The translations under genes were made by a program, and so were the position numbers. From an uncultured Hormoscilla sp. (lineage in GTDB: Bacteria; Cyanobacteriota; Cyanobacteriia; Cyanobacteriales; Desertifilaceae): DNA of 64,000 nucleotides. Positions 48,703 through 59,469 of this stretch are shown in pieces (positions within the stretch are counted from its first letter, which is position 1; every line of letters starts with the position of its first letter). The notes beneath the pieces were generated by a model. The model did no database searches. It saw nothing but the letters and a program-made list of their open reading frames with translations, and was not told the DNA's origin. The stretch spans positions 992,001 through 1,056,000 of the forward strand of contig OZ001293.3 in the NCBI GenBank assembly GCA_963921275.4, given 5' to 3'.

Positions 48703-51563
48703 ATGGAAGATTTACCCCAGTTAACAGGTCTGGCGACGGTGGTGATGGTAGTGAATGGCGACCCAATAACCATCGAAGTGGACGGCACAAATGCCCCAAT
48801 TACCTCTGGTAACTTTGTCGATCTGGTGGAACGACGGTTTTACAACGACATTTCCTTTCACCGAGTGGTACGGGAACCAACTCCGTTTGTAGTGCAAGCT
48901 GGAGATCCGCAAAGTAAAGACCCGAATTTTCCCCCAGAACTGCTGGGAACAGGCGGTTTTGTTGACCCGGAAATTGGTGAGGAACGGGAGATTCCTTTGG
49001 AAATTAAACCTGTAGGGGCCGCTGAACCGATCTACAGTCAAACTTTCTCTCAGGCGGGAATTACGGCGCCGCCAGTGTTGCCAAATGTTCGCAGTACGAT
49101 CGCGATGGCGCGGGTAGGTGGGATTCCTGATTCAGCGTCGTCCCAGTTATTTATTAATTTGGCAGATAATCCTTTCCTGGACGGGGAATTTGCTGTCTTA
49201 GGAAACGTGACGGCAGGAATGGATGTGTGCGATTCTTTTAGCTTAAAATAACTTGACACAAGTCAAGAAGGGGGACAGCTAACAGGGTCTCATTAGCCCT
49301 GATAACTTATAGATGATGGTGGTGAAAGCCCACCCGTCCAGGTGCAGGACTGAAAGCATAACCCCTACGGTAGCGATGGCATCAATCCGTAAAGCGGGAT
49401 TAAAAGGCGCTCTGACTGGTAGCCTAAACCGGTGATCGCCAAGCAAGTAGTCATGATGAGTGAAAGCAAAGACTCATAAGTGTCGTCACCCAGAACCAGC
49501 GAAAAGGCTGAAACGCTGGCCCAAAAAAAGGGAAAGGATAATGGCCATTGGCGGTTACATTCCCGACCAATAAGCACTGGCAACAAACCCGGCACATAGA
49601 GTCCATCTAAAACTACGATCAATCATCTATGGGAACGAAGTAAACCAGGTATGTACTCTCTATCACCGGTCGATAGATAGAGTAGCCACCAAAGGCGTAA
49701 CATCTGCCTTCCATTAGGGCAGGTCATATTTGGGAAAGATTGAGTGGAGAAGCAAAAGCCTACCGTAATGGGTAGGATAAGCTGACACCCTCACGGTAAT
49801 GTCAAAAGTAGAGTTGCAAATAGCAATGTAAATGTTATAAGCACGATGGGTATATCGATGAATGAATGGGAGAGTATCCCCTGGCGGAAGTTAGAGAGGA
49901 TAGTCTTTAAGTTGCTTCTGAGAATTTACAGAGCGGCACAACGTGGAGATAAGCGGACAGTTCGCAGACTCCAAAGGTTACTGGTAAAATCCCGGGCAGC
50001 CAAAAGTCTAGCGGTACGACAGGTAACACAGGATAACCAGGGAAAGAAAACAGCAGGTGTGGATGGTGTGAAATCACTGACCCCAAAGCAAAGAATGAAA
50101 CTGGTAGGACAAATAGAAATCTCAAACAAGGCCAAACCTGCACGACGAGTGTGGATACCAAAGCAAGGAAGAGACGAAAAACGTCCATTAGGAATACCAA
50201 CAATGTACGACCGTGCGACACAGGGGTTACTAAAAATTGCGCAGTTATCCTGAATGGGAAGCGTATATGGAAGGAAACTCCTACGGATTCAGACCGGGAA
50301 GAGGATGTCATGATGCAATCGAAGCAATATTTCTCAGCATCAAACAAAAATCTAAGTGGGTCTTAGATGCTGATATAGCCAAATGTTTAGATAAAATTGA
50401 CCATAAAGCACTAATGGAAAAACTGAATACAACATCACCAATTCGTAAACAAATACGAGCATGGTTAAAAGCCGGGGTGATAGAGAAGAAAGAATGGTAT
50501 GCAACCGAAGAGGGTACAGGGAGGAGTCATATCACCATTACTAGCGAATATAGTTCTACATGGACTAGAAGAAGCGGTAATGGAACTCGCAGAAACACAA
50601 AGAGAAAGATACAAACTGACAGTAGTCAGATATGCAGATGACTTTGTGGTAATGCATGACGATAGAGAGAAGATAGAACAAGTGCAAGAGGTCATAGCAA
50701 AGTGGCTAAAAGGAATAGGACTAGAACTCAAGCCTGAAAAGACAAAAATATCTCATACGCTAAAAGGAGAAGATCCAGGATTTGACTTCCTAGGATTCAA
50801 CATAAGGCAACATGAGGTAAGTAAGAACAGAAGCGGCAAGAGCAGAAATGGAAAACCCCTAGGCCAAAAAACCCTCATCAAACCCAGTAATAAATCCATA
50901 GGTAAGCACAAAGAAAGGTTAGCAGAAATAGTAAGCAGCCTTAAAGCAGCTCCACAAGCTGCCCTGATAAGCAAACTAAACCCGATAATACGAGGATGGG
51001 CAAACTACTTCAGGACTGGAGTAAGCAAGGAAGTTTACTCAGACATGGACAAATACCTATGGGAAATCCTGTGGAATTGGGCAAAGAGAAGACACCCTAA
51101 CAAATCAAAAGGTTGGATAGCCAAAAAATATTGGTCAATAGACCAAGATGTACAATGGCGATTTCAATGTCAGAGAGAGGAAGGGGATGTAGAACTATAT
51201 CAACACGCGAGTGTAGAGATAGTAAGACATGTGAAAGTTAAAGGAAAAGCCAGTCCATATGACGGGAACCTCACATATTGGAGCACGAGACTAGGCACCG
51301 GGACTGCTGTTTCTCCAGGAAATGTGGATGCTGCCGATCGCATTATTGATTTCAATCCGGGCCAGGGCGATTGGGTGGCGATAGCGGGTTTGAGTAATGC
51401 AAGTAATTTGGAATTTAATGCCTCGGGCAGTGACACGCTAATTCAACTGAGGAATGGGAATATTTTGGGCATTGTCGAAGATACCGCAGCGAACATCGTG
51501 GAGAATGCGACATTCATAGTGAGTGGCCGGGATTTAGGGATGACTATTGGCATCGGTAGGTAG
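48703..51563 (+). pseudogene. Cyclophilin-type PPIase/RTX-like protein, copy 1, disrupted by a group II intron and a deletion
   Basis: 5' part 48703-49226 and 3' part ~51297-51563 match the paralog at 51674-52882. Confidence 0.88.
49227..51296 (+). mobile_element. RT-encoding group II intron, 3'-deleted (no HNH, DV or DVI); RT ORF from 49846 frameshifted
   Basis: GTGCG at 49227. EBS1 ACATTC pairs 6/6 with the 5' exon GGATGT. YADD present. Related to 16041-18429. Confidence 0.9.
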
Positions 51564-51673
51564 AGTAGGCATAATAGATCAGTAGGGTGGGCATCGCCCA
51601 CCTTTTGATTTCCTAAGGAAGGCGATCGGTTTGATATAATCAGGCGTATTGAAATTGCGAGAGTGATGCAGAA

Positions 51674-52882
51674 ATGGAAGATTTACCCCAGTTAACAGCT
51701 CCGGCAGCGGTGGTAATAGTGGTGAATGGTGCCCAAATTACCATATCAGTTGACGGCACAAATGCCCCAATTACCTCTGGTAACTTTGTCGATCTGGTGG
51801 AACGAGGCTTTTACAACCAAATTTCCTTTCACCGAGTGGTACGGGAACCAAATCCGTTTGTGGTGCAAGCTGGAGATCCGCAAAGCAGAGACCCGAATTT
51901 TCCCGTAGATCAGCTGGGAACAGCGGGTTTTATTGACTCGGTAACCGGTCAGGAATGTAGAATTCCTTTAGAAATTCAACCTGTCGGCGCAGCAGAACCG
52001 ATCTATAGCCAAACTTTCTCTCAGGCAGGAATAACGACTGCGCCACTGTTGCGGAATGTTCGCAGTGCGATCGCGATGGCGCGGGAGGGCAATAATCCTG
52101 ATTCAGCCTCGTCCCAGTTCTTTATTAATTTGGCAGATAATCCTTTCCTCGACGGGGAGTTTGCTGTCTTCGGGAACGTGACCCAAGGAATGGATGTGGT
52201 TGACCAAATTCAACAGGGCGATCGCATTATCTATGCTGGGGTAACTGAGGGCATAATCTCGGGTCGAGTTTCGTCTCTGATTACCGATTCTGTGCTGCTG
52301 AACAATTTGGTGAATGCTAGTAATGCTATCAAAGTTCCGGTTCTGACCAACTCCAGAACTGATGGCAACGAGGTGATTCAGCTTTCGACAAGCGATCGGG
52401 GAATTCTAGCTTTAGATGGCATTGATAATGTCGTTGGTTCCGATAACTCTGATGTGGTTAACGGTAATCGCGATGACGATATCATTGAAGGTCGTGCTGG
52501 TGATGATTTTCTCCGGGGCGGAAAAGGGAATGATATTTTAATTGGCAGCAGCGGTAACGATTATTTGGTGGGAGATTTGGGTTTGGATATCCTCACTCGT
52601 GGCAGCGATGCAGATACTTTTATCTTGCGCACCTTTGCCGCTGAGGCTGACGTGGATGCTGCCGATCGCATTTCTGATTTTAATCCCGGGGAAGGCGATC
52701 GGGTGGCGATCTCGGGCGAGATCGATCAAACAGATTTAGTATTTAATGCCTTGGGCAATGACACGCTAATTCAACTGACTAATGGCAACATTTTGGGTCT
52801 GGTGCAAAATGCCGCAACGGACATCGTGCAGAATGCTACATTCATAGTGGGTAGCGGGGATTTGGCGATGACTATTGGTTAG
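51674..52882 (+). CDS. Cyclophilin-type peptidyl-prolyl isomerase with hemolysin-type Ca-binding repeats
   Basis: APITSGNF...FHRVV...FVVQAGDP...AMAR...SASSQFFINL, followed by GGKGNDIL/GSSGNDYL nonapeptides. Confidence 0.9.
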   Translation: MEDLPQLTAPAAVVIVVNGAQITISVDGTNAPITSGNFVDLVERGFYNQISFHRVVREPNPFVVQAGDPQSRDPNFPVDQLGTAGFIDSVTGQECRIPLEIQPVGAAEPIYSQTFSQAGITTAPLLRNVRSAIAMAREGNNPDSASSQFFINLADNPFLDGEFAVFGNVTQGMDVVDQIQQGDRIIYAGVTEGIISGRVSSLITDSVLLNNLVNASNAIKVPVLTNSRTDGNEVIQLSTSDRGILALDGIDNVVGSDNSDVVNGNRDDDIIEGRAGDDFLRGGKGNDILIGSSGNDYLVGDLGLDILTRGSDADTFILRTFAAEADVDAADRISDFNPGEGDRVAISGEIDQTDLVFNALGNDTLIQLTNGNILGLVQNAATDIVQNATFIVGSGDLAMTIG

Positions 52883-53020
52883 AGAGTGATAGGGTGGGCA
52901 ATGCCCACCTTTCTTTCTATGATAATATATCAATAGGTTAGTTCTAGGATCTGTCCCCCACAAGCTGTCGAACTCATGTTAAACTGCTAGCAGCAGCGCC
53001 TCCTGGGAGCACTATTCGTA

Positions 53021-53605
53021 CTACCCAGTAGACATTGCTTTGGCATATTCGACAAAAACATCAAAGTAGCGGTCTTCTTTAAATACACCCGTGTCCAACA
53101 GTTCAAATTCTAACCTGCGGCTTCGATGTCTCCTGGGAGCACTATTCGTACTACCCAATAGACATCGATCGCGCCTTTGATTCTCTTCGACCAACCAATC
53201 ATAAGGATAAGCCCCAAGGGGATATTTGTACAGACCCTTCATATAGGAATGAGTTGGGGTACTGTCAAGATATCAATAATAGTCTTTAACGTTCTCCCCA
53301 TGATTTCCTTGACAGGAAGTCAAGCCAAATGTCCGTTCTTTCAGCATGGGGTCTTTGCCATTCCAGAGGGCAATCTCGAAACACAGTCGCTGGTGGTTAT
53401 CAGAAATTCTCAATATCCCATCTTCTCCCCAGCGATAAGCGCGGTAATGGGATTGTTCGTGGGCAAAATAGTCCCAAGCTGCACCGTCAGGGCTATAATC
53501 TTCCCGCACCGTTCCCCACTGTCGTTCGCTTAAATAGGGACCCCAACGTTTCCAATAAGCTTGGCGGTTTCTGTCTGCTTCTAGTCTTTTTTCTTCCTGA
53601 GTCAT
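53021..53605 (-). pseudogene. MGH1-like (GH63) glucosidase, N-terminal fragment
   Basis: [21 protein letters not shown]...AYRWGEDG...GNHGE.VK.YY...[20 protein letters not shown]. Confidence 0.88.
53120..53167. repeat. 48-nt hairpin micro-element inserted in a HIP1 site
   Basis: GCG[GCTTCGATGTCTCC...GACATCG]ATCGC. Confidence 0.9.
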
Positions 53606-53612
53606 GGTTTTG

Positions 53613-53920
53613 TCAGTTTTCCCTTGTTACTGTTTGCAACTTAGGGGGATTAGGTAGCGATCGCCAAAAGGGCTTATAAGACAAATTCAACCTCTGACAG
53701 CGATAAGCCCCTTCAGGAATGCCGATATCCGCCGGAATCAATTCCCCCATTTTTTCTGGTAAAAGACCTGTTTTCGGTAGTCCTAGGGTCATCGTCCAAC
53801 GCCCTTTCATAAAATCTCCTGGAGCCTCTCCCGTAGTATAATCGACACCTGATGGAACATCTAGAGATAAAATGGGCGCCTTTGTAATATTTGTCCAGTT
53901 GATTAATTCCCGTGCAACTC
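53613..53920 (-). pseudogene. nnrE: NAD(P)H-hydrate epimerase (YjeF N-domain) fragment
   Basis: PILSLDVPSGVD..TG...TMTLGLPKTGL...ADIGIP across a frameshift. Confidence 0.75.
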
Positions 53921-53958
53921 CCCCCTCGTCATACTTGGCAACCTGTTCTACGACAAGT

Positions 53959-54078
53959 TTAGCAACCTATTCGCTCATGGGACCCTGACGCCACATCAAC
54001 TACATAATGCTGTACCCTCAAAGCTGCGCTCAAGGTTTGGGCTAAAGCTTCGTCATCCTCCACTAAAAAAAGTCTCAT
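53959..54078 (-). pseudogene. OmpR-type response regulator N-terminal fragment
   Basis: MRLFLVEDDEALAQTL...HYVVDVA. Confidence 0.6.
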
Positions 54079-54088
54079 AACCTTTGCT

Positions 54089-54133
54089 CGATGTCTCCTG
54101 GGTAGTAAGAATATTGCTCCCAGGAGACATCGA
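54089..54133. repeat. Hairpin micro-element 30 nt downstream of the ftsZ stop codon
   Basis: CGATGTCTCCTGGG...CCCAGGAGACATCG, a perfect 14-bp stem. Confidence 0.9.
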
Positions 54134-54163
54134 AAATGCTCAATCCTGAACCCTAGGCAACAG

Positions 54164-55441
54164 CTATCTTGGTGGACGCCGCCGTTGCAGAAAATCAGGA
54201 ATATCCAATCCTGGTTTGTTTTCTGGCTCCGTCGTCGGCCCTGGTCTGGTTCTGGTAATTGGTGGCACCGTTCGCGGTTCCACATTAGCTACTCGCTGTG
54301 AACTAACTGGTGGGGCTTGCACTTCACCAGTGAAACCCGTAGCGATCACAGTAATTCTGACTTCACCCTCAACGCGGTCATCAATCACCGCACCAAAAAT
54401 AATATTGGCGTTAGGATCTACCGCTTCGTAAATCACCTCAGCAGCTGCATTCACCTCATGCAAAGTCAGGTCACTACCGCCAGTAATGTTAAAAACCACC
54501 CCTTTAGCACCAGAAATCGAGGTTTCCAGCAATGGGGAAGAAATTGCGGCATAAGCGGCCTCACTAGCTCGGGATTTGCCCGAACCGCCTCCGATACCCA
54601 TCAGGGCCGAGCCAGCATCTGCCATTACCGCTCGGATATCGGCAAAGTCTACATTAACTAGACCAGGAACTGTAATGATATCGGAAATCCCTTGTACCCC
54701 TTGGCGTAGAATGTCATCAGCCACGCGAAATGCTTCTTGGACTGGGGTCTGTTCTGAAATCGCCGATAATAGCTTATTGTTCGGGATGATAATCAGGGTG
54801 TCTACCCGGCTTTTCAAGGCTTCAATACCTTCATCGGCTTGGCTCGTGCGACGCCGTCCTTCAAAGGTAAACGGGCGAGTCACTACCCCCACTGTCAAGG
54901 CTCCCATTTCCTTTGCCACTTCCGCCACGATCGGGGCTGCACCGGTGCCCGTCCCACCTCCCATGCCAGCCGTGATAAAAACTAGGTCTGCACCTTCTAA
55001 GGCGATCGCCAGTTCTTCCCGAGACTCTTCAGCTGCCTTTTGACCGATCGCCGGATTACCACCAGCCCCCAGTCCTCGGGTCAGCTTTTGTCCTATTTGC
55101 AGGCGTCTGGAAGCTGCTGAGTTTACTAATGCTTGGGCATCCGTGTTGATTGTCCAAAATTCTACACCAGCAACTTCGCTAGCGATCATGCGGTTAACAG
55201 CATTGCCGCCACCCCCACCAACGCCAATCACTTTGATTTTCGCTATGCTACTGGGCACTATATTGTCATTTAATGGTTCTTCTGCAAGCCGGCGGCCATC
55301 TCGCGACTGGGCCATTTGGAATCCAGCGTTGCCAAATGGGTTGGCGGCGTCCACTGCCTTTGAATAGGTAGATTTCTTTTCGCCATTGGAGCTTATATTA
55401 GTAAGCGGTAGCTGAGTCTGATTAGTAGGTGTCATCGGCAA
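54164..55441 (-). CDS. ftsZ: Cell division protein FtsZ
   Basis: [33 protein letters not shown]-terminal LDIPDFL. Confidence 0.99.
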   Translation of the reverse strand: MPMTPTNQTQLPLTNISSNGEKKSTYSKAVDAANPFGNAGFQMAQSRDGRRLAEEPLNDNIVPSSIAKIKVIGVGGGGGNAVNRMIASEVAGVEFWTINTDAQALVNSAASRRLQIGQKLTRGLGAGGNPAIGQKAAEESREELAIALEGADLVFITAGMGGGTGTGAAPIVAEVAKEMGALTVGVVTRPFTFEGRRRTSQADEGIEALKSRVDTLIIIPNNKLLSAISEQTPVQEAFRVADDILRQGVQGISDIITVPGLVNVDFADIRAVMADAGSALMGIGGGSGKSRASEAAYAAISSPLLETSISGAKGVVFNITGGSDLTLHEVNAAAEVIYEAVDPNANIIFGAVIDDRVEGEVRITVIATGFTGEVQAPPVSSQRVANVEPRTVPPITRTRPGPTTEPENKPGLDIPDFLQRRRPPR

Positions 55442-55625
55442 TTCAGTAATGTCTAGTCAATGACGCTGGTATGAGCGCAGCAGAAGACGGCGGTTTATGT
55501 CACATGGTAGCCTAAGGGCCACGGCATATTCAGCCAACAGTCTCTCAGAGTACTGTCACTTGACCTGCATTATATGCTATTCTAGCGTGCCTGTCAAGTT
55601 ACAGGTAAGTTCGGTTATGTGTATT

Positions 55626-56429
55626 CTATTTTACTGTATCTGACTTCATTTGAATTGAAGGTGAGGCGGGATTGGTGAGGTCAATGTAAGCAATTTGGCT
55701 AGAATTTATCTGTGCTGGCAGCTGTTGCATTTGAGCTAGAGTCAAAAGTTGAGTGGAAAACTGCGTTGACATTGAGCCAACATGAACCATCCCGAGCTGT
55801 GTGTTCAAAATTATATTTCTGGGGTTTTGCCAATCTATTGTCAATATTTTCACCGGACAGCGGCTGATTGCTTGATACACTGCTTCCCAGTGAGGTTGAT
55901 ATTGAGCCGGTGAACCGATGACTGTGAAGTTGGGTAATGGAAATGACCCATTGACATTAGTATAGCTGTATTTTGGCATCAACTCCCCCTGTGAGTCTAG
56001 TAATCCTAGCATCTTTGGCTGTCCTGCTTCCTTAACGGCGATCGCCACTGGCTCTCGTTCGAGTACCTCGATTATCAGCCTGGGCGGTAACAGATGGCGA
56101 CTGACTGTTGCACTTGCGATCAGGGCTTTTGCGGACAGCCCTCTAGCAATCTCTTGGGGTTGCAGCCGAAACAGGGACTGGGGATAGTCGATCGGTAGCG
56201 CCTTACGAATCGCCGACCTTGATAGCAATTTATTGCCGGCGATCTCCACCTGCTCTGGTTGACGGATCACCCAACCGGGCTGGGCGATCGCCCAGACTAC
56301 ACCGCCAGCTATGCCGCTGACAGCTACTGTGCGCCAGAGGGTCTGCAAAATTTTTAGACGCCTCGCTTGTCGCAATTTTTGACGCCGATGAGCCAATTGA
56401 GCTTGATATACATCAGGGATGATTGTCAT
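55626..56429 (-). CDS. ftsQ: Cell division protein FtsQ/DivIB
   Basis: TM, POTRA domain, C-terminal YIDL.NP..P. Immediately upstream of ftsZ. Confidence 0.92.
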   Translation of the reverse strand: MTIIPDVYQAQLAHRRQKLRQARRLKILQTLWRTVAVSGIAGGVVWAIAQPGWVIRQPEQVEIAGNKLLSRSAIRKALPIDYPQSLFRLQPQEIARGLSAKALIASATVSRHLLPPRLIIEVLEREPVAIAVKEAGQPKMLGLLDSQGELMPKYSYTNVNGSFPLPNFTVIGSPAQYQPHWEAVYQAISRCPVKILTIDWQNPRNIILNTQLGMVHVGSMSTQFSTQLLTLAQMQQLPAQINSSQIAYIDLTNPASPSIQMKSDTVK

Positions 56430-56622
56430 CAATACGCGCGGCCACATGCTTCTAGCTTTGGGAGCTATCCTATGTTATAATTATAAGGGATAAAACAGGA
56501 TAGTTAGATTTTACGGCACGCTGCGCGAAAAATCGGCTCGGCTCATCAATAGAAATATCATGCCCAGCTGGAGAGCTTTTAAGTTATAGTTGTAAGCAAA
56601 CTAACAATACCAGAGTACAGGT

Positions 56623-58404
56623 ATGAAAAAGTTTTTAGTTCTGTGCTTGTTTATCTTGGGGCTGTCAATGGTCCTGTTAAACTTCAAAGGTCTGGCCAGA
56701 TCGGGAGAGTTTCAGTCTATCGTACTGGACTTTCGGGAAGAGCGAGCGGGCCAGATAACTGAGCAGGTGTGGGCGATCGCGGATCGATACGGGGTCACCC
56801 CCAAACTCAACAGCGAGTTCTCAGATGCGGACAATGTCTATATTGTAGAGGGCGATCTGGCATTGCTGAAGGCCTTGAGAAGGTCCGAACTAAAGGATTA
56901 CACGGAATACATCGAGCCTAACTACGTCTACCAGACTAGCTTAGTACCCAACGATCCGGAATATCCCAAACAGTGGAATCTTCGCAGCATTAACATTGAA
57001 CCAGCTTGGGATGAAACTAAGGGGAATGGGGTGACGGTCGCGGTGCTGGACACGGGCATCAGTAGAGTTCCTGACTTAAAGGAAACGAAGTTTGTCCAAG
57101 GTTACGACTTTGTCAACGATCGCATCGAAGCATACGATGATGTCGGTCACGGTACCCATGTTGCTGGTACTATAGCCCAATCCACCAATAACGAGTATGG
57201 CGTGGCTGGCATCGCCCACGAAGCCAAACTCATGTCCCTAAAGGTGCTGGATACCAGTGGCAGTGGCACGGTTGCGGATATTGCTGAAGCGATCAAATTT
57301 GCCGCCGATCATCAGGCGGATGTAATCAATGTGAGCTTGGGTGGCGGTGGCGAAAGCCAACTGATGAAAGAGGCGATCGATTATGCTCACCAAAAAGGCG
57401 TGACGATCGTGGCAGCAGCTGGCAACTCGAATCAGAATGCTGCTAGCTACCCCGCCCGTTATCCCCATGTCATAGGGGTGGCGGCGATCGGTCCAGCTGA
57501 GGAAAAAGCCCCCTACTCTAACTTTGGAGCTGGCGTGGATATCTCCGCCCCCGGTGGGGTGATTACAGAAAACAGTTCTAGTGGTGGGATTCTCCAAAAT
57601 ACGATCGATCCACAAACTGGCAAACAGATTTTTGCTGCTTACCAGGGCACTAGCATGGCCTCTCCCCATGTCGCCGCTGTGGCAGCTTTGGTGAAATCAG
57701 CCAGCGTAGAAAACCCTGATGAAATCCTAGAGATTCTCAAGCAGTCCTCCAGGAAAGTGGCAGAAGACCCACTTAATCACTTTGGCGCAGGTCATCTGGA
57801 TGCGGCAGCGGCTGTTAAACTCGCCTTGCGAGGACAAATTAATTTTCGGGATTTCTTCTGCTGGTTGCGAGATAATGGCTATCTCAATCCTGGCTTTTGG
57901 ATAGATAGCGGTGCCGTAGCACTCCTGCCCAAGATTGCGATGGTCTTGGGTTCCTATCTGCTAGCATGGTTACTGCGGTATTATTTCCCCTTCGGCTGGA
58001 GTTGGTCCCTGGCTACTGGTCTGGTTGCTGGCAGCAGTGGCCTATTCCCACTACGGGGCTTTTATCTGTTCGACCTGCCGCAATGGCCGTTCCGGATGAT
58101 GGGCAGTTCCATTCCCGAACTGGGTAACGCAGTTACTGGCAGCAGTTTGTTAAACCCCCTGTTTGCCAGTATCCTCATCCCAGCTGTGCTCGTGCTGTTG
58201 CTGCTGGGACATCCTCACTGCAAATGGTTTGCCATTGGCACAACTCTGGGGGTCGCTAGCTGTTTGGCAGTGAATGCTGTTGTAGACCCAGGGATGTTAT
58301 GGTTGGGTGCTGGCATTCCAGCCCGTCTCTTCTTGCTGGTGAATGCTCTATTATGCTTTGCACTGGCTCGTTTGGCAGTGAAAGGAGAAGGGAAGCTGGC
58401 ATGA
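56623..58404 (+). CDS. S8 subtilisin-like peptidase with a C-terminal membrane domain
   Basis: VAVLDTG, HGTHVAG, GTSMASPHVA catalytic triad. Confidence 0.95.
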   Translation: MKKFLVLCLFILGLSMVLLNFKGLARSGEFQSIVLDFREERAGQITEQVWAIADRYGVTPKLNSEFSDADNVYIVEGDLALLKALRRSELKDYTEYIEPNYVYQTSLVPNDPEYPKQWNLRSINIEPAWDETKGNGVTVAVLDTGISRVPDLKETKFVQGYDFVNDRIEAYDDVGHGTHVAGTIAQSTNNEYGVAGIAHEAKLMSLKVLDTSGSGTVADIAEAIKFAADHQADVINVSLGGGGESQLMKEAIDYAHQKGVTIVAAAGNSNQNAASYPARYPHVIGVAAIGPAEEKAPYSNFGAGVDISAPGGVITENSSSGGILQNTIDPQTGKQIFAAYQGTSMASPHVAAVAALVKSASVENPDEILEILKQSSRKVAEDPLNHFGAGHLDAAAAVKLALRGQINFRDFFCWLRDNGYLNPGFWIDSGAVALLPKIAMVLGSYLLAWLLRYYFPFGWSWSLATGLVAGSSGLFPLRGFYLFDLPQWPFRMMGSSIPELGNAVTGSSLLNPLFASILIPAVLVLLLLGHPHCKWFAIGTTLGVASCLAVNAVVDPGMLWLGAGIPARLFLLVNALLCFALARLAVKGEGKLA

Positions 58405-58622
58405 GCATTAACGTCACTGGCAAGATCGAACGCAAAGGATTTGGTCCGGGCACTTGGGCTCTGGTAACTGATGAAACTACCTATGAACTTAAAGATGCCC
58501 CGGCTGAGTTATGCCAAGCCGGACTAAAGGTCAAAGTTGCTGGTATTGTCCGAGATGATGTCATGACTTTGGCTATGATTGGTCCGGTTCTGGAAGTTAA
58601 CTCCTTTGAATTGTTGGAATAG
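58401..58622 (+). CDS. Small conserved hypothetical protein
   Basis: ATG overlaps the peptidase stop. G.GTWAL...TYEL...DVMTLAMIGPVLEV. Confidence 0.75.
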   Translation: MSINVTGKIERKGFGPGTWALVTDETTYELKDAPAELCQAGLKVKVAGIVRDDVMTLAMIGPVLEVNSFELLE

Positions 58623-59124
58623 TGGAGGTAGGGGCAAACTCATCTTATTTTTGAGATGAGTTTGCCCTGGAAATCATCCCCGGTATGGTTGTTAGTGCTC
58701 TTGGGTGTGGTCAAAAGTAGTTGATATCCTGGCAAAAAGGATCGACTCGGGCAGATTACAGCGTAGCGAACGTAATACGAAAATAATAAGTAGTATATGT
58801 AATCATTAGTATTACAAGGGCGGGAGCTGCTTATCAACTGGTTAAATAGTCAGATATGACCTTTTCTTCCCAACTGGTTTTGACCGCACCCAGTGCTCTT
58901 GTATATTTAGCCCCTTGGCTTTTTGCTCCCAATTAAGCAAAAGGCCAGAATATTGAATAATTTCGTATCGTAATTCTATGATGATTTACGGAATTCCAAG
59001 AGTTTTCCGATGGCGAGGTAAATAAATTTGAAGTTTTATACTATAACCTTCAACCTTGAACTTTTATACTTCATCAGTCAGACTTCATCATACTTTCTGA
59101 GGAGATAGAAGTCGATAGCTGAGC

Positions 59125-59176
59125 AAAAAACCCTCAGTCTATCAGCTGGGGGAGATAAATCAGGGTGCATCTACCA
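59125..59176 (-). ncRNA. nsiR1: NsiR1-like small RNA
   Basis: Minus strand GGTAGATGCACCCTGATTTATCTCCCCCAG...CTGAGGGTTTTTT, terminator-like end, TCCGGA at about -35, located upstream of hetF. Recognised from memory of the family, not from a search. Confidence 0.75.
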
Positions 59177-59205
59177 TTCCTTTGTTCTCGGGTTTGCCAC
59201 TACCA

Positions 59206-59211
59206 TCCGGA
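59206..59211 (-). promoter_or_regulatory. DIF1-type TCCGGA promoter motif
   Basis: Palindrome 30 nt upstream of the GGTAGATGC start of the sRNA. Confidence 0.65.
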
Positions 59212-59469
59212 TAAATTTTAGCTCGATGTCTCCGCCGTGTCTCCGATGTGCTCTGCGCGCTCGCGGTAGGGTAATTTTTTGGGGTGCATATAAGAGCAAC
59301 TTTTTGGAGTGCTAATCTTATGGGAAGGCGTAGAAATTGAGACTAAATAAAGCTGTTAACGGGAATTGGTCAGTTGCGTAGGGCGGGCGGATCGCCTGCC
59401 CGTCAATTGTCAATTTTGAATGCAGCACGAAGCCTCGATTTGAGAAGCAAGCAGGAGTGCAGGTGAAGT

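Noticed and set aside
50499..51563. Novel functional RT-fusion protein
   Set aside because: The RT N-terminal subdomains are frameshifted away, and the fusion is explained by a deletion joining intron and host.
53120..53167. Integron attC sites as the identity of the 48-nt hairpins
   Set aside because: No RYYYAAC/GTTRRRY boxes, no cassette organisation and no integrase. Copies lie inside genes.
58630..59100. SRP RNA or tRNA in the long intergenic region before hetF
   Set aside because: No SRP core motif or cloverleaf was recognisable by eye.
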